NCBI GenBank assembly: GCA_038087875.1
Contig: JAXLNO010000438.1
Span: 186,001 to 250,000 of the forward strand
Direction of reading: 5' to 3'
Origin: Malacoraja senta
Taxonomy: Eukaryota
DNA: 64,000 nucleotides
Under the pieces are notes generated by a model. It saw only the letters and a list, made by a program, of their open reading frames with translations. It made no database searches and was not told the DNA's origin. Both the position numbers and the translations under genes were made by a program. Below are positions 39,403 to 51,586 of this stretch, piece after piece. Numbering within the stretch: the stretch's first letter is position 1; the number at the start of each line of letters is the position of its first letter.

Positions 39403-40301
39403 TGGTGCCATCGAGTGTGGCAGCCTCACCTGCAGCTGTTCCTTTTTCACCCTTTTTTTATTTTTAGTGTGTTAAAAGTTTTGTTTTGGAGGCCTTTTAG
39501 TCTTTTTATGTGGAGGGATGGGGGGGGGGGGTGGGGGGGAAGGGGGAAACCGTTTTTTCCAGTCCCTACTTGGGTGAGGATGCATCGACTTTGAGTCCTG
39601 AAAAGCGCTATATAAATAAAATCTATTATTATTATTATTATTATTATCCTTCCGCCGAGCCGCATCTTCGCCCCCTCCTCGCGGCCTACCACCTGGATTG
39701 GCGCAGTCTTTCCTGCCGGAGACCGCCCAGAGCTTCGAGCTGCAGCTTCAGCGGCAGCGCAGCACTGAGGTACCATCGCGGAGCGGGGCGATGCCTTACC
39801 CAGATCGCCGTGTGGAGCTCCGGAGTGCTGTCGACTTTAACATCGTGGAGCTGTGGTCTGCGGCGGTTCCAGCTGCAGCGGCACTGATTTTAAACACTGC
39901 AGAGCCTGGATCTTTCGCCGAGATCGCCAGTGTTGGAGCTCCGACCAGCGCAGCTGCAGTCTCCGGTAGCAAGCGGCCGTTTCGGAACTCCAAGCCACTG
40001 AGAGCGTTCTTCCGATGCCGGAATTCCATCATCCCGACGAGAGGGCCTGAAACATCGGGCTGCCGTAGCGGCGACTGTGGAGGCCTCAATAGGCCCCGAC
40101 CACGGGTGAACCTAGAGGAAGTGGACTGAACTTCGCTGCCTTCCCTCACAGTGGGAAACGTTGATCCCGCTGTGGGGGGATGTTTTTATCTTTAATGTTA
40201 AATTCTACAATGTTGTGTTTATTTTATTGGTGTGCTGCATTGGCAACTCAAATTTCACACCAATTGGTGTATGTGACAATAAACGTCCTTTGTCCTTTGT
40301 C
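39403..40301 (+). mobile_element. GC-rich non-autonomous retroelement containing a short L2-type SINE/LINE tail insert at about 39581-39647
   Basis: Homologous to 2725-3327; the insert reads ctttgagtcctgaaaagcgctatataaataaaatc(tat)n. Confidence 0.75.
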
Positions 40302-40566
40302 CAATATAAATATTCACAGTCCAGCACTGATTTTCCCACCAAGACAAGTGAAATTCAGCTCGGATATGCTTGCTTGATGCGACTACAGGTCATGTGGGGC
40401 ACACAGCCACAGCCGAAAGGTGAGATTTCTTCTGGACAAAGCATGCAGTATTTTCTTGCTACCAGCAAGTCTTTCCTTAGTTTTCCAAGAACAAATAACT
40501 CTCGATTGTTGAATTCTGAGCTATAGGGAGGGGGTTCAGCAGGCTAGGTGTTTAATCCTCAGTTTA

Positions 40567-40670
40567 GGGCGACACAGTAGTGCAGCACAGGAGTTGCTCC
40601 CTTCCAGCGCCAGAGACCCAGGTTCAATCCTGACTACAGGTCCTATCTGTACAGTATTTGTACGTTCTAG
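40567..40670 (+). mobile_element. HE1-type SINE 5' part
   Basis: gagttgct...cagcgccagagacccaggttcaatcctgactac. Confidence 0.75.
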
Positions 40671-40692
40671 GCTTACGTATATATGTACGTAC

Positions 40693-40909
40693 AAGACTAG
40701 GTTTGTATTCACTGGAAAAGACTAGGCTTGTATTCACTGGAGTATAGAAGGATGAGGAGGGGATCTTATAGAAACATATAAAATTATAAAGGACTGGACA
40801 AGCTAGATGCAGGAAAAATGGTCCCATTGTTGGGCGAGTCCAGAACCAGGGGCCACAGTCTTAGAATAAAGGGGAAGCCATTTAAGACTGAGGTGAGAAA
40901 AAACGTTTT
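40693..40909 (+). mobile_element. CR1 ORF2 C-terminal fragment running into the gap
   Basis: RRMRRDLIETYKIIKGLDKLD...SRTRGHSLRIKG; begins with a tandem copy of aagactagg(t/c)ttgtattcactgga. Confidence 0.85.
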
Positions 40910-41109
40910 NNNNNNNNNNNNNNNNNNNNNNNNNNNNNNNNNNNNNNNNNNNNNNNNNNNNNNNNNNNNNNNNNNNNNNNNNNNNNNNNNNNNNNNNNNN
41001 NNNNNNNNNNNNNNNNNNNNNNNNNNNNNNNNNNNNNNNNNNNNNNNNNNNNNNNNNNNNNNNNNNNNNNNNNNNNNNNNNNNNNNNNNNNNNNNNNNNN
41101 NNNNNNNNN
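40910..41109. other. Assembly gap (200 N)
   Basis: Run of N. Confidence 1.
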
Positions 41110-41342
41110 AATAATGATCAATTCTACATTTCCCCTTGAACAATCATCCCCTTTGTCCTGTTTTCACACCTTACACTCTTATCCATGTATCTCCCCTGAC
41201 ATCAGTCTGAAGAAGGGTCTCAACCCGAAACGTCAACCATTCCTTCTCTCCAGAGATGCCTGCCTGTCCCGCCCGCTGAGTTACTCCCGCATTTTGTGTC
41301 AATCTTCAGTTTAAAGCAGCATCTGTAGTTCCTTCCTACACA
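41110..41342 (+). mobile_element. Penelope 3' UTR plus pseudo-LTR cassette
   Basis: atcagtctgaagaagggtctcaacccgaaacgtc...ccttcctacaca. Confidence 0.8.
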
Positions 41343-41522
41343 TTCATCCAAAAGGATTTTTCTTTACTCTGCCAGCAATAATCTGAAGTTCATACTGTAT
41401 TAACAATAATTTGCATGCAGTTATGTGCCGATACTCCATCAGCAGTGCAGCTGGGCTGTAACCACCACACGATTTTTCAGTAGGTCCAGTCCAGACACCC
41501 AGACAAGAGCCAAGATATATTT

Positions 41523-41819
41523 AAGATTTACACAAAATGCTGGAGTAACTCAACAGGTCAGGCAACATCTCTGGAGAAAAGCAATAGGTGACATTTCGGG
41601 TCAAGACCCTTCATCAGACCAGCATCCACAGTTCCTCGCTACACATTTAATCTGCCTCACTGCAAAATCTCAAGATATGCCCACTTTGAAGAAGTTCTCC
41701 TCCTCTCTCTCCGACAAGTTCTGCCCTTTCTCCAGAGATGCTGCCTGACCCGCTGAGTTACTCCAGCATTTTGTGTCTATCTCCAGTGTAAACCAGCATC
41801 TGCAGTTCCTCCCTGCGCA
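41523..41819. mobile_element. Compound Penelope pseudo-LTR cassette with 11-bp TSD
   Basis: aagatatattt at 41512-41522 and 41820-41830. Confidence 0.8.
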
Positions 41820-43689
41820 AAGATATATTTGTTCTTCAACAGCGCACCACCCTTAGTCTCTTTCCAGTCCTATGCAGGCTTATTGGCCAGTGACTTGAAG
41901 GCAAGGGATATTCCTAAAAAAAAAAATGGCAGTGAGGAAGCCAAGGGAAAAAAAGGACCAGGAGCTGTTTAACAAGCTGCAACCTTTCAATAGGAAACAC
42001 AACTGAGTAAGTCAACAGCATAGCGCAGATGCATTCCAGGTACCTGGACATATTAGGAGGTGACCACAATAGTATGGGTTTCCACCACATAGACAATGTT
42101 ACACAAGTTTAAAAGTTGAATTGACATGTTGGAGAGAACAGAGCCCCTTTTGAACAAGGAGGAACAACAAGGCAATGGTAGAAATAAAACAGTAGCCAGG
42201 GTGAGGATCCAAAACTTCAGCAATCCATTAGATGAGGAACTGGTGTGTTGCAGCCGGCAGGGGAACAACATACTCAGTGTGTGACTTGTGGATTTTTCAT
42301 GTTTTACTTCACACCTTTGGCTTCAGAAATTTCTGGCTAATCCATTGATGGGGTCATTGAAAAATGTGGGCAATTTGGCGTGGGCCGAGGACCACTTGCA
42401 GTGTGTACAGTTGTAGTACTTAATCGTTAATAATTGTGTGCCTCTGGTGCTCAGCATGACAATAATCATTACATTTTATGATTATATGATTAAGTTCTAT
42501 CATTCTAACCAGCCCAATGGTATTGCTGTAAGTCTGAGCACTGAATACTAAAGTACGAAGAGGCACATTTGAATGGGCTTTTCTCTATTCATTAAATGGC
42601 CATAGCTCTACATAACCAACAGGAAGTGGCAAAGTTTCAGTATACACAAGTCTGACATTTTCTGCATAGATATGTAGTTTATCCAGCTACACCTGCATCA
42701 GTTGAAGTGATCTACTTCTTAAAGAGTAGTTTGTTCGAGGAGTTAACTATCCCCAAAGCTTCCAACAAGAATGCCACTTTCTCCCTCCACACAAGTTGCA
42801 TTTTTCAAATCCTGCAAATTTTATCTTACCATTAATGCAAAGTTGAAAGGTCATCCCAGAACAGTTTCCCAAACTTCCCAAGTACAAATATGTTTTACTA
42901 CATCTTTCTCTTCAATATTGCAGAAATCCTCCATGCTATTATGAGACATTCAGCAGTAAAGGAATTACAAGAAAACTTATTTTCCCAATTAACCAGTCAA
43001 TAATAGCAAAAATAGATACAACTCATGTACAAAAGCCCATCGAAGCTGGAAGATACCTCTGAAAATGCTTCTAACCCTGCCAATTCGAACATGCTCTAGC
43101 CTTGGACTAAGAAATCCTTCAATAAACCTAAAACAACTAGCCCATTGGCCATCAAATGTTAGTTGTCTTTATTACCAACAGTGGAAGAGACATGATTAAA
43201 GTATAGATCAACAGGGTCTCTATTAGGCACTCACCTCTTATTGGTTGAAAGGTAAACTAAAGCTCAAACTGATCTCAGGTTCAGTGGCAAGTTGTGTATG
43301 AGACCAGATCAGTTTTCATTGTCTACTGGCCAAAATGCATCTCTTTGCAACACAGTTGAACTAGATTATGAATTTATAAAGGTCCTACCCAAATTATAGG
43401 ATGAACTTCAGAAAAATTTGCCCAGACACTACACCTATAAAATTGCTGGCAAGTAATAATTTAGTTCTATTAATTTACAAAAACCAGGGCACATTTGTTT
43501 GTGGAGAGTGAAACAGTTGAAATGGCAAATACTTATAACACTTTCTAAAACATTTAAATGATACCATAAAACTTTATACAAGGAATGTTTAAGCAGAGTG
43601 ACAAATGTTCACCCCAGTACACACTTTCTAGGGAGAGTTTAGAGACTGCAAACGCTGGAATCTAGAGCAAACCAAAATGCCGAAGAAAC

Positions 43690-43837
43690 TTGTATGAAGG
43701 AACTACAAATGTTGGTTTAAACCAATGAGAGACAAAAAGCTGGAGTAACTCAGCGGGACAGGCAGCATCTCTGGAGAAAAGCTCTCCAGAGATGCTGTCT
43801 GGGCCGCTGAGTTACACCAGCTTTTTGTGTCTATCTT
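43690..43837. mobile_element. Inverted Penelope pseudo-LTR cassette lacking the core
   Basis: Arms meet at tctctggagaaaagctctccagaga. Confidence 0.75.
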
Positions 43838-44211
43838 GCCGGAGAAACTTAGTGGGTCAAGCATTATCTGTGCAGGCAAAAGCATAGGCAACTTTACAGG
43901 ACAAAAGTTTTTCCAGCAGTTTGATTTTTTGCTGGGGACATGACTGATTTGATTTACAAGGTCTGCTTCATTGTTGTGTATAAGATCTAGGATTTTAAGC
44001 TGTGTCCAGGACATGGCCCAGGAACACCTAAAAGGGGCAATAGGGTCAAAGTGCAAGTGGGGATAATGGTTCAGATGACTGTGGTCGAACCCTGATATTG
44101 CAGAATCTTCAGTTTTCACAATACTGTAATTTGATCCATTCTCCCATTCTCATGCGGTACATTGGGATGTCTTAATGAGCTTTATATAAATGAAAGTTCT
44201 TTCTTTTACAA

Positions 44212-44478
44212 TGGCACAGTGGTAAGGTTGCTACCTTACGGCATCGCCGACCTGGGTTTGATCCCAGTTACGGGTGCTGTCTGTACGGTTGTGACCGTGT
44301 GGGTTTTCTCTCAGATATTCGGTTTCATCCCACACTCCAAAGATGTACAAGTAAATTGGCTTGGTAAGTGTAAAAATCATCCCCAGTGTGTGTGTTGGAT
44401 AATGTTAATATGCGGGGATCATTGGTCGGCACGGAATCGGTGGGCTGAAGGGCCTGTTTCTGCGCTGTATCTCTAAAC
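44212..44478 (+). mobile_element. HE1-type V-SINE (diverged)
   Basis: ggcacagtggtaaggttgct...gaagggcctgtttctgcgctgtatctctaaac. Confidence 0.85.
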
Positions 44479-46158
44479 ATGTTGCTGTGCTGCAGAAACA
44501 GAATACTTAAAGCACTTCAGAAAATGGTCCAAATCATAACGATTTGTTTTAAATGTACGTCAGGTTACATAAATGTCTAGAGTCAAACACGATTTGTCAT
44601 CCAGACCGTGCCAATTCCAAGCACTGAAGCTCAAAGTACAGAAACGTTTTTGGCAGCTGTAAATGGGCAGCCTTCCTTTTACCCTGGGTGCTGTAAACAA
44701 TGGATGTAATACTACAGGGCAGAACATTGCCAGAGACAGAGCCAGTTACAGTAACTGCATGGAGATTAAGAAAGGAAAATAGTTCCTGCTGTGAATGTAC
44801 TGTTGACTATTGTCGTCAGTAGTCACTCTTCAAGTAACTATCAAAGGTGCAGAATTTAAAACACAATGACCCTTCACAACCATCTTGAGATTTTGATTAT
44901 TTGTATTTTCCATTAGTGTTCTCCCAATTTAACAGCAATGTTTTGTCCATGAACACAGTGGATTACTAATAACATTTTCAGATAAGGAGTTTACAACTTT
45001 GCTTCTCACCATTCTCTGCCAATGATGTGGTGAATCACCAAGAAAATTCTATGATTCCATTAAGGAATAACATCAGGAATGAAACAACTAAACCTTGCAT
45101 ATTAAGTGTGAACACTATAGTTCTTTACTACGGTAGAAATGTGTAGTTAAATTGCAGTTCTTAAAATTTTGTTCTTTCTCTGAGAATTTCCAAGTTGCAA
45201 AACTCCAATTTGTGAAGAATTAGAAGGACCGTTAACACGGTTTTGCTTTTATGCAATTATTACATCTGCAAGCCTGTTTACTGGCAAGTGAACGAATATA
45301 GTTATACGACCTCTCCTTGAGATTAGCAGTCAACTCAAAAGAGCAAGTTCATTTTTAAGCCCCCCAAAACAATCAATAACATGTTCTCCTTTCATCCCAG
45401 CAGAATACTAACAGAGCTAAAGTTGTTGCAACTTTCATTTGAACTGACAGAGAGAGAGGCGTTATTCACTCAGTCAGCTTTTCCCTTTTCTATTCATTTA
45501 CATTGAAGGGCATTTCATTTATACATTGGCTAGTTTCACGAATCAATAGGAGTGAGGAAGGCGTGGGCAGAATAGAAGAAATATACTTTTTTAATTGTTT
45601 CCAACTTAAACTTGTATGCCAAACAAAGTTAACTAAGGGAAACATACTGCATGGGAGAATGAGCTCACTAGAGGCAGACAGAAATAGTAATAAATCAGTA
45701 GCGATTTGCTGGAATGCTATATTTGGCTATAGAGTTTGCTCCCAATTTATATTGGACAGGCTCCACACAGCTCGGAAATATCCCAGTTTTGATCTTAGCT
45801 ACTGATTCAGATGGTGCTAGAGAATTACCCCACTGACTTAATGGATTGTGATATTGTGTAGCACAACAGCAGTCCCGGCTTCTAAATTCGCTAAAGCCAA
45901 CCGAGATATGACGTTGCCTTGGTGTCAAGGGATAAAGGCAAGGATGAGGACATCAATAATGTATCAAGATAGATTCTCAATCAGGTCTCCATTTATCGAC
46001 TTATTACAAATATAGGGTGCAACAAAATGTTGATAATATATGGTTTCAGGACCTGGTGAGGGGTGAGTAAAGATATGAAGTAGGTACATCCCTTTTATCT
46101 TGTCTTATCTTATCTTACTTTTTTTCCTTTTTCCTTCTTTTGTTTTTTTGTTGTTTAA

Positions 46159-47927
46159 AAGGGCTGTCTCACTGTGCGAGTTGACCCACGAGTGACCCCG
46201 AGTGAAAGACTCGTGGTTGCGTACGATACTACAAGTTTATGATCCCAAGTTTAACCGAGTTCCCACGGGTATGTCTAAGTTTCCCGTTTACTTCTCATTT
46301 CTGCGATGTTCCAAGTTCGTCTCCCGAGTGTACCAAGTTCCTCTCCCGTTAATCTTGAGGCAACAATGTATATCGAAGTGTTTAAAAATCATCACATGTT
46401 AAAAAAAACTGAGTGGTGATGGGTGGTGTAAAAGATTGTGATTATGGTCATGTTAAGAATTAAAAGTCATAAAATCAATGTGTGAAATGTGATTCTTATT
46501 TTTCAAAGTCTCTCATGGGAAACAATGAGCTTATAGAGCCCAGGGAGAGGGGGAGAAAGGGACGTACACTCACAGAGGCAGAGTCTCTCAGCCTGTGTGA
46601 GAGGGAGGGAGGGAGAGAGAGACACACACACAAGGTGGATGTGAAATCTCACCTGCCTGTTTCAGTGACAGGCACCCGCAGCCAGTGAATGAAGCCACCC
46701 CCATCTGTCTCCCCCTCCTCTCCCTCCACTCTCTACCCTCTCTCCTCCACCCCACCCCCCTCACACCCCCTCCCACAATTTGGAAATGTCATCCCATCAC
46801 CCATTACTTCTCTCCAGAGATGCTGCCTGCCCTCTGAGTTAAAGAGTTCCCACTAGCAGCAGCAGCAAAACAGGCCAGTAAACACAATACTCATAGATAA
46901 TATACTAAACAAAGAAAATATATATTAAAAAATCCAGTATTATTGCAAAAATCCCAAAGTCCTTAGTGCAAACAAGGCAGTTTGTAGTTCATAGTTTAGT
47001 TAGCATTTGTTGCGTTCAAAAGCCCGATGGTTGTTGGGAAGAAGCTGTTCTTGAACCTGGAGGTCATGGTTTTCAGATTATTATACCTTCTGCTCAGCAG
47101 GAATGAAATGAGAGCATGGCCAGGGTAGTGTGGGTCCATGACAATGCTGGCTGCCTTTTTGAGGCAGCACCTCCTATAGAACCCTTTGATTCAGTAAAGT
47201 TCAGTAAAGAGATCGGGAATCTGGCATCATGGCTTGACAATAAAACCCAGCCTTTAACATCCGCATAATGAAAGAGTTGGTGTTGTCCTACGGAACAGGG
47301 GTGCAGGAGAGGTGAACACAACCCTGTCTTCTTCAACAGCACTGGTAGAGATGGCTTCTGGACGTGACTGGCAAACCTCAGATTAGGCTGCCATGAAGTG
47401 TCATAAAATGTTCTCACGCTGTTCCTCAATACTGGTTTGTCTTAAGGTTGTGAGCTCAGTCCCAAATACACAACATTTATATATAAACTTAAAGCATTTT
47501 TTTCTTTTCAACCCACTCTGTCACCTTATCAATAACTTACTTAACTTTGTTAAGCAGAATTTGTCTTTAAAAAGTCTAAGTAACTGATATTTCTGTCCCT
47601 GATTATTGTTTCTAAAAAGAGTTCCCACGGTAGACTCACGAGTCACAAAGTTAAACGCACGGGCCACTACGTTCTTACATCGAGTTTAAAATGTTTCAAA
47701 TTTTAACCTCAAGAGTACATTTTACTCGTGGAAAAGTTCAAACATGTTTGAACTTTTGCAAGAGTTAACAGGTTTCACGTGTACCTCCCGTTAGCGCCAA
47801 GAGTCACTAAGTTGCGTCCACGAGTTACGACGTTCCTGCTACGTTAATTGTACGTGATTACCACGAGTTAAATTTGTTTTTAACTCGGGGTCACTCGTGG
47901 GTCAACTCGCACAGTGAGACAGACCTT
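46159..47927. mobile_element. Non-autonomous PIF/Harbinger-like DNA transposon
   Basis: ~45-bp TIR aagg(g/t)ctgtctcactgtgcgagttgacccacgagtgaccccgagt; TAA TSD at 46156-46158 and 47928-47930; right part homologous to the MITE at 13953. Confidence 0.9.
46854..47615. other. 762-bp insert with 13-bp TSD, made of an old Rex1/Babar-like fragment (minus) plus apparently unique sequence
   Basis: aaagagttcccac at 46841-46853 and 47616-47628; minus-strand TSRFKNSFFPTTIGLLN at 47014-47064. Confidence 0.8.
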
Positions 47928-48594
47928 TAACTCTTTCTTGTGGTTTAGGTCCCTATGGGTTTTCCTGGACCACTCTTTCACTCACTCACTTACTATCTCT
48001 GCTAACTCTTTCTATCCTTTTTCTTATTAAAGTTTAAAATAAGAAGTGGTACAAGAAATGTATAATTTTATGTTTGTTTGAGATCAATGCACTGTACAAT
48101 ACTTCTAATAAAAATAAAAATAAAATAAAAATTAAAAAAAAGATTCTCAATCTTTGATAGAGGTGAGCACACGTGTCATGAATTGTAAGAGGCATGGATT
48201 GCAAACCTCAACAAATCAAATATTCAAGGAACAAGCTTTCAAAACAATGTGTGCTTACGTTTTACATCACAGCCCTGTAACTTACAAAATTACCTTTGAA
48301 TCTTATTATTTATTCAACCGCAAACATCATCTGCCACGGCTCTACCTAACTTTTAGGCCGTGCATTTCAGAAGACAACGGCTTGTTTCATTGAAAATATC
48401 TCATATCACCTCAATTTTCTAGCCTGTGATGACAATCAGTATATTTTATACACACACCCTGTAGCCTGCCTTATAAATATTCCAATTATTGCAGATTTCC
48501 TTCAGTCACTGAAGAAGCATCAAAGGCTGGTTATTAACACTTGTACCAGCCAAACAGTTTCTATAGTGTGCCACTTCCTCTCAACTGTACCAAT

Positions 48595-49004
48595 GGTCAG
48601 CGGTGAGGCCTCGGCGGCGGTGAAGCGGTGAATCCTCGCGATGATGGGGCCTCGGCAGTGGTGAAGCCTCACGGCAGCAGCGATACCTCGTGGGTCGACG
48701 AGAGCTGGGGGGGGCGGGAGGGGAAGAGCAATGGAGGAGCCGGCATGGGGGAACCGCCGTGATGGAGGTGGGGGGAGAACGACGGACAATTGGGGAGGGT
48801 GGAAGAACAAAGGACAATGGGGACCCAGCATAGAGGAACTGCTGTGAGGGGGGGGGGGGGGGAGGAGAACAAACGGAGCAGCCCGCGTGCATTGTAACTT
48901 TGTCAGCGCCCTAGGTGGCTGCTATTTGTATACATTGGGTATGCAGCATAGAATTTCACTGTGCCTAGTCACATGTGACAATAAAGTAATCCATTCCATT
49001 CCAT
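48595..49004 (+). mobile_element. GC-rich non-autonomous retroelement fragment with (CCATT)n tail
   Basis: Ends gaatttcactgtg...catgtgacaataaagtaatccattccattccat. Confidence 0.65.
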
Positions 49005-49609
49005 ATATTAGACTAATCACAAGCAGGCTGTTTTTGATCAACCACATATTTGGAATTATATGCAATGTGTAAGCAACACGCAGGAGGAAATGCAGTCTTG
49101 GCAACTTGTAGGAGGTTTCAAACCTGTAAATTAGAGCTCTATTTGTTCTTTTAAGTCAGGATGATTTACAGCCCATTAGAGCACAACCAGCAAAGGAAGC
49201 GTTGTCCTCGACCAAACACACTTGGATTGTGCGCAGGATATCAGAGTCATTTACTTCTATAACTCAAGTTTGAAACTTACCTAAAGTGGTTGGGTTAATG
49301 CATTCTGCACCTACAGTAGAGGACACAAATTCACAACGTGACAAGATGACAAACAATATTGGAACTTTAAACATTCAATCAGAATTACTAGTAAACAAGC
49401 TTAGCCGAGTGATAGTTGGGTGACCACCAGGAAATGCAGAAGGAGCACAAGAGGGACAGGTTGTATCTGAACTTGGCGGTGGGGGAAATCAATATTATGG
49501 CAGGGAGATTCACTGGAGCTACTTTAAGGAGTTAAAGTAGTTTGGCAAAGGAGTGGGACCAGAGCAGGAGTGAGAGAAATGAGAAAGCCGAGGAAAAGGT
49601 ACAAAGAAG

Positions 49610-50050
49610 ATATACAAGGATGCTACCAGATCTGGAAGTTTTAAGGAGATGCTGAATAGACTGGGTCTTATTTCCCTTTGGAGCATGGGAAGTGGTGGAT
49701 TAACCTTATATAAAATTATGAGAGGCATAGATAGGTGAATGACCAGTCTTTTTTCCAGTGTTAGGTGGTCCAAAACTAGGAGGCATAGGTTTATGGTGAG
49801 AGGGAAATATTTAAAAGAGACCAGAGACAACTTTTTCCATACAGAGGGTGGTGTGTACATGGAATGAGCTGCCAGAGGAAGCGGTTGAGCCAGGTACAAT
49901 TACAATATTCAAAGGCACTTGGACGAATAGATGGAGAAGAAAGGTTTGGAAAAATATGGGCCCAGCCTAGACAAATGGAACTAGTCAGCATGGATGAGTA
50001 GGGGCAAAGGGTATGTTTTCATGCAGTATAGCTCCATGACTCTATGATAG
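49610..50050 (+). mobile_element. CR1 3' fragment (diverged)
   Basis: gaggcatagatagg...ggaatgagctgccagaggaagcggttgag...ccatgactctatga. Confidence 0.78.
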
Positions 50051-51302
50051 AATTTTCATCTGAAGTTATTGTTTACAATCCCTATGCAGAGCAAGAAAAC
50101 AAAACCTGAAGAGAAATGAAGGAGAACTCCATCGTTGCAGGTGCCCAGGTGGTGCATTGAATTTTGTGTGGCCTAAGCTAATTGTTCTTGACATAAAGGA
50201 TCCCAAGGCATCTTGCAAATAGCAGCAGGGGCCAACATCAATTAGCATTAATCATTATTTAATTTTTGTAGGTTTTTATTGTGCTCAAATATCAAATTAA
50301 TCCTTTGCGAATCCTCTCACTCCTATGTTGTGAGGGACTTGGGATGCAATAATTACTTAAACGTAAATTATTTCCATGGCCATACAATATGCGGCCTAGG
50401 AATCCCTAATGACCTAAATGGAAAATGAAGACTGCCAGATATATATTTTAAAGAACGGTGGAGCTTTATTTCTCAAATCCTAGCCAACATTCATCCATCA
50501 ACAATCATCATTAAAAACTGATTACCCAGTCATCATCATAGAACTATTTTTCAGGCATTGCCATGTGCATGTTGCCTGCTGCTTTTCCAATATAACACTG
50601 CTAATGCATTTCAAAAGTGATTAATTTGCACTTAAGAGCCTTGGTGCATTGGAAGGTCACAAAAGTACTAGACCACTGAAAGCCATTTCTTTCTTCCTGG
50701 AATAAATTCTGAGCAACACAATATTAACCTGCAAGTTTGGAAAATATTCTATTTGAAAAGTATTGCATTTCAAATCCATTATTTCAGTGTGTTAAAACAC
50801 ATTTACTGTGCATATAGTCGGGAATTTTAGCGTATTCCTAGAGGTTCCTGACAAAGCCGCTGGTCCATGTACATGCAGGAATGCAATATTTTACTTTCAG
50901 AGCCGACTGATTGCAGATGTACTGACAGCTTCCTAGACTGAAAAACCTTGCTCTTTGGCAAGTGGATCTAGCAGTCAACCATGACCAATGGATTGGGAAC
51001 ATATGTGCATGCATACATTTACGTTTCCTGGTGCTGAAATGTGCAGATGTCATCTAGTATTGAACAAGTACTGAGTAGGATCTCTAGCACCAAATGTCAT
51101 AAAATGACTGTAACATAAGCAAATCACCATAAGAAGTTCCTTGTACTAAGTCATGCAGACAAGATTGGAGAATTCATTAGAAGCTATTATACTCGCTTCT
51201 TCACATGGCTTGCAAAGTCCAAAAGTGATGTGGGTCTTATTCATAAAGATGCACATTAAATAAATATATAATTCGACATATTTGTGCTGAATGTGTCATT
51301 CA

Positions 51303-51586
51303 GTTGAGTTTAGTTTAGTTTAGAGATACAGCGTGGAAATAGGCCCTTCAGGTCACCGAGTCCATACCGATCATTCGGTCACATGTTATCCCAGTTTCGC
51401 ATACTACACACTGGCATTTACAGAGGCCACAAAACCTACACGTCTTTGGAATGTGGGAGGAAACCGGAGCACCCGGAGAAAACCCATGTGGTCACAGTAA
51501 GATCGTGCAAACTCCGGTAGTCAGGATCAAGCCCGGGTCTCTGGCACTGTGAAGCAGCAACTCTACTGTTGCACAACTATGCTGCC
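51303..51586 (-). mobile_element. HE1-type V-SINE
   Basis: (gttta)n tail, gtgggaggaaaccggagcacccgg body, and head. Confidence 0.88.

Larger units (their letters stand above)
45983..48140 (+). mobile_element. Short L1 3' fragment related to 22712-24333, split by a DNA transposon
   Basis: Starts ggtctccatttatcgacttattacaaatatagggtgcaa (compare 23888-23926); ends acttctaataaaa and an A-rich tail; 12-bp TSD agattctcaatc at 45971-45982 and 48141-48152. Confidence 0.88.

Noticed and set aside
39447..40149. Overlapping 109-143 aa ORFs on both strands
   Set aside because: Stop-poor GC-rich repeat with no recognisable domain; I see no comparable ORF in the sister copy at 2725-3327.
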